20,000 nt of DNA from NCBI GenBank assembly GCA_013115125.1, contig JABANN010000104.1, forward strand, positions 52,141-72,140, read 5' to 3'. The stretch is from Perkinsus olseni (Eukaryota). The translations under genes and the position numbers were made by a program. Positions 1 through 9,305 of this stretch are shown piece by piece (position 1 is the first letter of the stretch; the number at the start of each line of letters is the position of its first letter). The notes beneath the pieces were generated by a model. That model saw only the letters and a list, made by a program, of their open reading frames with translations, made no database searches and was not told where the DNA came from.

Positions 1-858
1 CAACAACCGGCTACTACTAGTCAAGCAGTCAGCTATGGACCACGTAACTTACAAGTTCCTGTTGTTGAGCCCTCAAGCGTTTGGTTGCATCATCCGCTAC
101 TTCCTGCGTACTACCTGATGGAAGTAATGACAGTACCGAGCCCCAACCGCTTTTGATGAGTACTTGATGGTTCTTCGGTTATAATAAGACTCGTGCCAAC
201 GCACTGATCCAAGATAGTCATGAATATAGTAAGTACATCCTCATTAAGGCCGATAGCTGCCTTATAATTCTGTAAATACTGTAAATGTGTATCAAGCTCC
301 GGGGTATCTAGAAAGTGAGCCGCCGTCAGTGAGGAACGACAGTAGGCGCTATTATTGCCTTTGTTAACAGGCATAGTGAGGATAACCATGAGCTTGAGTA
401 TTTGGAAGCACTTATCATCCAAGTCATCCCTATGACTAATTAACATTGGTACCAACTTCTGCTTAACAACATCCCATTTACCGAGTAACCGATGCACTCG
501 TCGCGATGTACCTACACCATAACCCTTACCCAACGCTAATGGCTGTAGTACTACCAACATCCTCTCTAAAGGCCCTCAATAGATCCCTGATGCACTCGAA
601 TGCATCACTAGGTGCTAGGTATACTTGTTCATTATCAACAGCATGCCAGCATCCAAGGCCCTGGTCGTAACAACATGATACCACTCAACAAGCTACGGCC
701 CTTATAATATATACTACTTCAACAGAGCAATGTAGCTCTTCCTCTAAACTCTTATCCTCCTCCTCGAGATCAATTGCATACCCCTCCTCCATCTCATCGT
801 CTTCTAGATCTACCACCTCATCCTCTTCCGAAGGCTCCGGAGCAGGACGGGACGACAT
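1..858 (-). CDS. TIMELESS: Timeless/Tof1/Swi1 family protein (replication fork protection), N-terminal exons; the gene continues beyond the left edge
   Basis: ATG at 858. Splicing GT-AG introns 661-717 and 512-554 gives MSSRPAPEPSEEDEVV...LHCSVE|GLGCWHAVDNEQVYLAPSDAFECIRDLLRAFREDVG|TSRRVHRLLGKWDVVKQKLVPML...CFQILKLMVILTMP...LQYLQNYKAAI. This matches my recollection of the Timeless N-terminal pattern (LG..Y....C.e.ikDL.r.lr.e...R.v...Lg...i...L.P; lklmv.LT.P; Lq.YK.af). Further donor and acceptor sites lie near 115-163 and 50. Confidence 0.85.
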
Positions 859-950
859 CAACAACGCGTGAGAACTTCCATCAGAGAAGGGTATTCACTA
901 TAACACAGCAAATGACATCACACTCAGAAAAAGCAGTAACCATAGTAATT

Positions 951-1363
951 CTACTTCGTCTTCTTATGCTGCAAAGTCTCAGCATTACTCAACACTGGTG
1001 GCTTGGGGGCTTTGATGAAGCTAAACAACGGCAATATACGCTACTGGACTGCAACATGCCCAAGTGTTACTACCAGTCTTTGAAGAATACCATTCCCCAT
1101 ATACTGAAGGCTACGATGTGTAGGAACATCAGCACTAGGATTACTGAATGTAGGAGGTAGCACTGCTACCGTAGCAGTCACTAGCAGTAGTCGTAGTAGG
1201 TTCTTTTTACTACCTGTTCGTAAGCTCTCAGGCACGCCACTCACAATCTGACCATATACTGAATCCTTGGATGAGAGGTTGGTGAGGTACTCTACGAGGC
1301 CTTCAAACATACTTAAACAACTGATTTCAAGTACCAACTTACAGCTGCGCAACTTTAGCATCA
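951..1363 (-). CDS. Possible small spliced single-pass membrane protein with a C-terminal KKxx-like signal; 5' exons uncertain
   Basis: Exon 1162-1074 joined across a 53-nt GT-AG intron (1073-1021) to exon 1020-951 reads CYLLHSVILVLMFLHIVAFSIWGMVFFKDC-FIKAPKPPVLSNAETLQHKKTK*. Strong donors (gtaagt near 1340, gtgagt at 1244) lie upstream, but the start and upstream frame are ambiguous, and an alternative frame is also open. Confidence 0.35.
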
Positions 1364-1717
1364 TCCAATCTGCACAGCGGAGCGAAATTGCTGTCACATG
1401 TTTTGCAATTTTGACTCTTACGACGATTCCCGGAATTATAACGAATGACTATGATAGCTTCTACTACTAGTTTGCTGCGATCCTAGATCGTAACGAGAAC
1501 TTTTACAGCATATTAAAATACAATATTGTCCACAGTACGTGATGGTACCTGCGTGCAGTGGGGTGTTAAGCATCACCGCCCAGGCCGGTCTGGCCATAAT
1601 CCGCTGCCTTTGAATGAAATACTCTTCTGAATGGATGAAATAGTGCTGGGTGAGGTTGATAGTACTGGTGATGATAGTTGCGAAGGAGAGGTCACAACTG
1701 GCATTTGTACTGCAGGT

Positions 1718-1739
1718 GTTGTTGTTGTTGTTGTTGTTT
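1718..1739 (+). repeat. (GTT)7 microsatellite just upstream of the RraA-like core
   Basis: gttgttgttgttgttgttgtt; reads as poly-Leu (TTG) in the RraA frame. Confidence 0.85.
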
Positions 1740-1763
1740 TCTATTGCACCCTCTTCTGCAAGC

Positions 1764-2404
1764 ATGGAATGGTCCACCGCTGATATATGTGATTGGTGTG
1801 GTGACTCAGTGGAGTATGTAGATCCTCTATTCTACAGTTTTGGTATGAGGAAGCAGTTCTGCGGTAAGATACGTACTGTAAAGTGCCATGAGGATAACAG
1901 TCTCGTTAAGAAGCTGTTGGGCACCCCATCTAAAGGGGAGGTACTGCCACAACGTCATTAAAGGCCCTCTCTTCATTCAACCATCAGGTGTTGGTCATTG
2001 ATGGTGGAGGCAGTAATCGTAGGGCTCTAGTGGGGGATCTTATAGCAGCATCTGCTGTTAAGAATGGTTGGGCAGGTAGGACACTGGATTTACACTCCGA
2101 TGTATGAATCATGCCTTGTTGCAGGGGTAGTTGTCTACGGGTATATAAGGGATTCCGCTGCTATTAATAAGATGGACATAGGTGTTAAGGCACTGGGGGC
2201 TCATCCGCGAAAGACCGAGAAAAAGGATATAGGAGATGTCGATGTGAGAAGTGTCCTACTGGCTGTGTCCTACCCCAGAGTCAATCTCAGGTCGCCGTTA
2301 AATTCGGTGGTGTTGTCTTTACACCTGGCCACTGGCTCTACTCTGATGAGGATGGTATCATTGTATCTCCTTCTGACATCAGAAGGCCTGTTGCTGCCAT
2401 CTAG
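1764..2404 (+). CDS. rraA: RraA/MenG-like protein (HMG/4-hydroxy-4-methyl-2-oxoglutarate aldolase - regulator of RNase activity A family), 4 exons
   Basis: Exons 1764-1940, 1988-2075, 2125-2243, 2291-2404 (introns 47, 49, 47 nt, all GT-AG) give [10 protein letters not shown]...[77 protein letters not shown]...[49 protein letters not shown]...AI*. All hallmark RraA motifs are present. An in-frame upstream ATG lies at 1671. Confidence 0.95.
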
Positions 2405-2596
2405 TAGATCATCGTCATGCTGCTAGTGATTTTTGTGAGTTTCAACACTAACAACACTTGTTGGGTTGAGTCAAGATAAGGTCATAACAATCGTTGGTGT
2501 GGGTCGTCGTTCAGCGATGGGTTGGAGGACTGAAGCAGCACAGAACGATCTCATTCCTCCGTAGGAATACTTTTTCAAGGGGCTGTCGCTTCTGAG

Positions 2597-3820
2597 ATGT
2601 CGGACAATATCATAGAAACAGCATCCAATCCTGCATCACCGGCAAAGGTTCACGATACCCCTACCAAGGAGGATACTGTACAGAAAGATGCACCAACTGA
2701 GGGTATCATAACGCGTCGTAAGGCCGCCGCTCTGGCTGCAGCAGCAGCAGCGGCAGTATCATCGACGGGAGGTGGCTCCCCGAGGACTGCTACAGCAGAG
2801 GCTGGATCCACTGTGATAGCTGATGATAGTGATGTTACTGCTACTGATGTGGATGGGACCGTGGCGGCAGAGAATGCCATTATACCAGGAGTCAAGGAGC
2901 AGCAGCAACCCCCCACTGAAGATGGTAATGGCTTCACGACACCGAAGTTGATAGTACGACGAGTGGTTAGGTGGAGCATCATCGTCCTCGGCAGCCGCTG
3001 TAGCCGCAGCAGCTGCCTTATTGCAACAGGGAGGAGGGGCGAAGAACGATGAGGAGGATGAAGGCGACGCTGCCAAAACCCTCGGACTGGACCCGAGCCC
3101 TCCAGGTAGTAGTAGTGACTGTAGTAGTTGGAATAGTAGTAGTGTGTGTACGCTTGCCGCCCGAATACATGGTGCTGCAGCGGAGCTTCTCAGAGGAAGT
3201 AGTTTCGAATGGGGTCTGGCAACTCATGGCCCCAACAGTGTTGACCACGGGTGATGCATGGTCCTTTTGCTCAGCAACCGTCCTACCTGCATCAGCTCAA
3301 CCATTCCTCGCCGACATCCCAGTAGAGAAACCCAGTGCGTCGGAGATCAGACGTAATCTCACCCCTCGAGAGGCCCGACAGTTGGCTGAACTCCAATATC
3401 ATGAACAACTACGGGCCTATCAGAGATGGGTAGCAGCAGTTGCTGATGCTATGAGGGAGAGGGCTACAGCGGCCGCAGCAGCAGCTACAGAGCATCAACA
3501 GGAGGGGTCGAAGGAGGATGACCATGGAGAGGGTAATGACACTGATGAGCAGGATGTTGGAGCTGAGGTACTGCATTAGGGGCTGATGGGGACTAGCAGA
3601 TTAAACCGTCGGCAGGCTACTGATACCAGCGGTAAAAGGCAGCATGGGGATGTTGGTAATGATGATGATGATGTCGTTGCTGGGTCATCATCATCATCAT
3701 CTCCAGCAAGGAAGGCAGCTAGGACATTGCCAGCTCAGCAGCCGGAGAGCGCTCAGGTGAGCATGAAAAGCCAATGATGAATAGGTGTTAATCACATGTT
3801 ACCTTTCATGCTAGCCGTGA
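2597..3820 (+). CDS. Hypothetical low-complexity (A/S/T/E/D-rich) protein with a short predicted helical segment; multi-exon
   Basis: ATG at 2597. The ORF pieces join through short GT-AG introns (2925-2970, about 3106-3180, 3251-3295, 3568-3615, 3757-3814), ending ...QQPESAQ|P* at 3820. The best-structured part is QPFLADIPVEKPSASEIRRNLTPREARQLAELQYHEQLRAYQRWVAAVADAMRER. I do not recognise the family. Confidence 0.6.
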
Positions 3821-4292
3821 TGCTGTGGTGCCAACACTATGTTACCGTTTACCGATTCAGGCAACGACGGATAAGGATAAAAACGACAATCCCCGAGCGG
3901 CTGCTGCTGGAGAGGGAGGACAGGGGGAATCTGCAGCAGCCTCATTACCAAGCTCACAATCAACACGTAACGTCTCCACCGAGGTGGTGTAATGATGATG
4001 ACAACAATAATTACATGATCCTCATAACCCCATAATGACCATACTACTATTATACAATTGAGTATTACACTCCAGTACCATGCACTCACTGCTGAGTCAC
4101 TGTACTGCTAGTATCTACTACTATTGCCCTGATGATGATGATGATGATACTCATCTGGCGGCGGCACCTCTCTGTAGTAGTGAGAGATAGAATAGTTTAA
4201 CATCATCACCGTATTGTGTTGCCTGTCGAGGGCTGTACCATCAACATACCGGGGCCATCCTCCAGTCGTCGTGGTAGTTGATTGATAGTACA

Positions 4293-5452
4293 ATGAGACC
4301 GACAGCCCGCGACCCTAGTGTGAGGGCGGCAGCAGCAGGGGCCGTTGAGCGAGGGTATGCGGATGATAATGATATACAGCAGCAGCAGCATTGGGAGGCC
4401 AAGATGAAAGTCCATGCCAAGTCACTGGTGGTAGGTAGCCCTGTGGTGGGCATCTCTATGATGATGATGATGCTGTATGGCAGGCTATCCTTGTCGGTGA
4501 CGGTACAGTCCCGGCATCCCAGGAGCTGACTGAAGCTGGTGTATGGTACTGCGGCTTGTGTGAGATATTCTTATCCAATTTAACATCAGTGGAGGTCCAA
4601 CGGAGGAGGATACTCGACCATATCCTCCTGGACCGGCGTCACTTCTCTCTAGTGCAATACTGCTCATCATCATTACCACCAGCATCAACTCAGCAGCCTC
4701 ATCCAACCACAAACCCCTTGCAGCAGGATTATCCTCTGATGCCTTCGGGGCCTAGCACCTTTTACTTACGCTTAGACCATTATACTGGCGACATCGATAT
4801 TATTGATTCAAGCTCTGCGCGGCCTCCTCGTCATCAGGAGGATGCATCATGGTGGGATGGAGTCCTCACGGCTGCGACTATCCGTCGAATTATCATAGGC
4901 AGGTACCGTACGAATACGAGAGAACAATCATCATCGCTACGACGACACATTGGGCTGACGCAGTCGTCTTCTATCGATACTGTTGATGAGAGCCCAAGGG
5001 ATAGATCCAGCAACGGTGTCTTTGCAACGGCAGGGGAGCCCTCTACCCACAAGTGGGGCTCGGCAGGGGAGCCCTCTACCCACAAGTGGGTGGGAGGCAG
5101 CTCTTCAGAGAATATGTCCAGCCCTAACAATATAGCTAGCTCTACTAAGAAGGCTCATGATTCTCATCGAGGCCTCTCCAAGGCACCTCTTGTCCTGTTG
5201 CAACAAGAGATCGATGCTATACCTCTACCGCCATCCCGCCAGCCACCCCCTCCCGTAGACCAGACCCCAATGTCATCATCGTCCACTAGTGCTGATGGTA
5301 ACGCCACAGCTGGAGGTAGTACCACTCCCGTATCTGAAGGGTCAGCACCCGAATCGGATGCCGCCCAGTACCTGGAACTGATAGACCGAGCCATAAGTAT
5401 ATGTGGCGTGCTCTCACCTGAGGACTACCACTCCTTCCTGGGACACTCTTAG
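4293..5452 (+). CDS. Hypothetical protein, 2 exons, with a possible degenerate C2H2 (U1/matrin-like) zinc finger
   Basis: Exon 4293-4430, intron 4431-4483 (gtaggt...cag, 53 nt) and exon 4484-5452 are in frame. The protein contains WYCGLCEIFLSN...LDHILLDRRH followed by a long S/P/T-rich region. Confidence 0.6.
5028..5090 (+). repeat. In-frame tandem duplication, period 33 bp (30 bp identical), encoding AGEPSTHKW twice
   Basis: cggcaggggagccctctacccacaagtggg occurs at 5028 and again at 5061. Confidence 0.95.
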
Positions 5453-5653
5453 CTTTCGAGCGAAAAATGCAGCGGCAGCGGCTTATGAGGAGCAGTGCTA
5501 CTTTAAGATTGAACTTGCCAATAGCTGACGATTGTTTAGAGATGTACCACCACGTCATCGTTATCATAATGACATCATCTGTCATCTCTTCATGTATTGC
5601 GTTATACTAGGCCCGATCAACGGCGAGACTCAGTTATGATAGATTAACCCAAT

Positions 5654-8600
5654 ATGCCTCCAAGGACCAACACTAGCAGGAGGAAGAGGGCCAGTCGTGG
5701 TGGTGGTGGTCAGTATGAGCTATCCAACATCAGGAGCCGTGTGTATCTATCGGTATGTATGGAGGGTAGTCGTCTTGGGATAGCCCTTCTCGATATCCGC
5801 ACGAGTGGCCAAGGTGCAGCAGTGCAGGTGTCTGAGATCAATGACGCCCTCGCCACTATGGTTCGGGGTATAGTGGATGATTCTATCGATTCTGGTGATG
5901 GTGATGATGACGATGCATTGGGGTGTCTGTTACTGTATCCAGGTAAGTCACCAGTAGCATTACGTAATCAACTGCGGGATATCATTCAAAGCTACGAGCG
6001 TACCCGGCAACAACCCGAGACAACTGCTAGTGGTGGCACCTCACTCGTAGGGTCAGAACATATCCAACCATCGTCTAATCCGAGACTGCTGAACGCTGTT
6101 GAAAGGCCTGCATCGCAGTATGAGTACCCATCGTGCGTTCAAAGGGTGCTAGAGCTATTGAATAAGATAAGACTCTCAGACCAAGCTAACGCCAGTACCA
6201 GTGCACTACCAATAACAGGGGGTCACTCCCAGCTCTGGAGAGCATTGTCCGGTCTTCTGTCCTTCCTCGATGAAACGGGACTGCTTACTCGGTACCGGCC
6301 TACAGGGGTGGTCATGAAATCTCTAGAAGGGTTTTTACTAGTAGACGGTGTAACCCTCCGTACACTGGGAGTTACCAGCGCTGGGCGTAGTACTACAATA
6401 GTAGCCGGCCACAATCATCGTGTAATGACCCCTAGCGTTAGTCGCCTACTCGGACGATACATATCATCATCCCCCGGCCGAGCCATACTCCAACGGTGGT
6501 TAGCTATGCCATGCAGTGACATCAGCGTGATAGAGTCGAGGTTGAAGGGTCAGGAGATAATGATGGATCACGTATCCCCTGACCTAGCTACTCAAATGAG
6601 CAAGAATCTTAAGAAGCACCGCGACTTGTCGAAGATACTTGATAGAGTAACTCAAGGCTTTAACCTGGATAGCTCAGCACGGGTAGCAGCATGGTTGCAG
6701 CTGCTACGATCATGCCAGGCTGCATCGGAGACAATAAGGTGTATTGAGATGCTACCGGCTACATCACCCTTGCGGAGTGAAGTACCCTGCATTGCTAGGC
6801 TACTGGAATGCCGTGGGCCATTATTGGAGATACAGCACATGTTGCAGGGAAGCTTCGACCTAGAGGCCTGGGCAGCTGCCGGGCCCACACACCTATCGGT
6901 TAAAGTAGGTGTCATGCCTGAGCTAGATGCACTACGAGATCAATATGACAAGCTAGAGGATATCCTCACGAGGATGGGTGCTGCCGAGTCCAAGGCCCTC
7001 GAGGACAGGCTGGTAGGGCCCTTATCCTCGTCGTCGTCTATGCTCAATAGTTCTCTCTTGCCGGCTGACTACCATGGCAATGATCCAAGCGATCCTTGGT
7101 ATGATACTTTAAGTGCTAGGGGCTGCACCTCATCGGGTCCTCATCCTACTACTACTACCACCAGCAGCAGTAGCTGTGCCAGTGGTGCTACCTTACTCCG
7201 CAATAAGCCCATCCATATACAACTGCAGTACTTCCCTCAGATGGGCTTCGTAGCGTCAATCCCCAGCGCAGATGTTCAACAGGTGCTTGTCCCACTACTG
7301 TCGGGGACGCTCTCGGATGATGATACTTTTGGAGTGCGCCCCAGTGGAGAGCAGGGTAACGGTTCTGACTGGCAAAGGTGCATTGATGTTGTATGTAAAA
7401 GTCTTGATGGTTGGGAGTTCAAGTTTCGTACGGCTGACAAAGCATTCTTCAAAAGCCCTATAACGCGGAGACTCGACAAATACTTGGGTAACATCGAGTC
7501 AAAGATGAAAGAGATAGAGTAGCACAAACCCTCATCCTCCCCCGTCCCCCATAGTGCAGTACTGTTGTAGATACGAGTACCTCTATAGACTGGCAGATAG
7601 ACTCGAGGATATCGGAAGCAAGCCCCTCGCTGTAGCAACTGCTGCCCTATCGGAGCTTGACTGCCTGCTGGGTTTGTCTAGAGCCAGCGGAGAGCATGGT
7701 TGGTGCAGGCCAACACTGGTAGGATATAGCCCCTCCAGTAGTCCCTTTCCCGAGTCTCAGGTACCCCAAACAGTCGATGACGATGTCGTCTTGAAGCTCA
7801 CTGGATCCTGGCATCCTCTTATGTCTGACTCAACAACGAATACTACTACCGGGAGCAACTCTGATAACCGTGGCCATTCAGTGGTCCCCAACGACATCCT
7901 CATCACCTCCGACTGCAGGACACATATCCTAACAGGCCCCAACTACTCTGGCAAGAGCGTGCTACTGAAGCAGATTGGCTTAACTGCAGTAAGCATAGTT
8001 GGCCACAGTTGGCCTAGGGAGTCCGGTTCAGTTCCTCTGCCACTGCGGAGTCTACGTCCCTGCGAAGTATTGCCGTATGCAACTTTTAACACAACTCTTC
8101 GCGAGGATGGCTAGCTCGGATCAGAAGATACCAAAGTTTGTTGGTGCTTCTGAGAGACGTCAGCTAGAGGACATCGTTAGGACTAGCACCTTGCTCTCAA
8201 CCTTCACCCGAGATGCCCACGAGGTGAGAGCTCCACCACCCACTCAGCTTCAGTGGCGTGTTGTTGTGGGATCTGTTGTTTCCAGTCAGGTATCGGTTGC
8301 CCTTACCAACTGCACTCGAAGCTCTCTTATACTCCTTGATGAGTTCGGCAAGGGTACCTCACCGATTGATGAGGTTAGTCTACTCTCTGGTGTGGTTAAA
8401 TATGCTACCATTGACCTAAACGTCACTGCCCCTACCATCCTACTCACCACCCACTACGCTACAGAGCTGTACTCTTGGGGCCTTGTAGAGAGCCCTCATG
8501 AGGACGCTAGCGGTGAGGATCGAGTGAAGAGACCCAGGAGGCCCGCTATTGGCAAGGCAGTCCCATGCCGGCTAGCTGTCTTGCCCCCCAAGGATCAGAG

Positions 8601-9153
8601 TGGTGCAGTTGCCTTCCTCTATAAGCTAGAACGCAACAAGGTATCTCAAGCATCATACCCTATACAATGTGCTGTGGCTAGCGGTGTGTGCCCAAGTGTC
8701 ACTGATAGGGCTGCTGAGGTCCTTGAAGCACTAAGGTCAGGCAGACCCTTGACGAAGCCTCGAGACCCCGACGAGAGTAATCACCAATCAACAGCCGAGG
8801 ATAGGACAGCCAGCCGGAACAATACCTCGCTGCAGCAGACACTAGTCAACTTCTCTCGGCTGGACCTATCATCTGGATTGAACCAAGCTACACGGGCGGC
8901 TCTGCATAACATTCTTCGCCAGCTTCGACCCGAAGATACGCCCCGCCCGCTTCCTCGTCCACATGCCGTTCCGATTCAGAATGCCAGCCCAAACATCTCC
9001 CTGGGCAAGAGTAGTGGGCCTAACTTGCAGCGATCATCATCTCTATACGGACTGGGCAAGGATTTGCCCTCCTCGAGTAAGGGTTGGAGTGCCCTTATCG
9101 ATGAGGATCTGCGCACGAGTAGACAACCGTTCATGGCCCATGGTGGTAGTTAA
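5654..9153 (+). CDS. MSH5: MutS homolog 5 (meiotic MutS-gamma subunit)
   Basis: Exons 5654-7518, 7571-7988, 8032-8223, 8290-9153 (introns 52, 43, 66 nt). Core region SSPGRAILQRWLAMP..DISVIESRL; clamp region YFPQMGFV and FFKSPITRRLDKYLGNI; SELDCLLGLS...WCRP; WHPL, VVPND; Walker A ILTGPNYSGKSVLLKQIG; STFTRDAHE|VSVAL..CTRSSLILLDEFGKGT; TTHY; FLYKL. The DEFGKGT motif and the lack of a recognisable N-terminal mismatch-binding domain point to MSH5 rather than MSH2, 3 or 6. Confidence 0.9.
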
Positions 9154-9305
9154 TGATAGTACTGCCTTCCTCAATTGCCTGTTGTTTCGACCAGCAGAGC
9201 CTAGGCATCACGGCATGTGGTGTGTTTTCCTATCACACGAGACGTAGGCTTGTGTTGTGAGTGTGGTGGCAGTATGCCTCTCCGGAAGTCTCCCTTACTG
9301 CTAAG

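Noticed and set aside
774..1470. Plus-strand ORFs 774-1160 and 1267-1470
   Set aside because: They are antisense to Timeless exon 1 and to a region whose splice signals are on the minus strand, and show no motifs.
3796..4453. Several short ORFs on both strands between the two hypothetical genes
   Set aside because: They derive from gat/cat/tag microsatellite-rich UTR or spacer sequence, or are antisense shadows, with no coherent spliced model.
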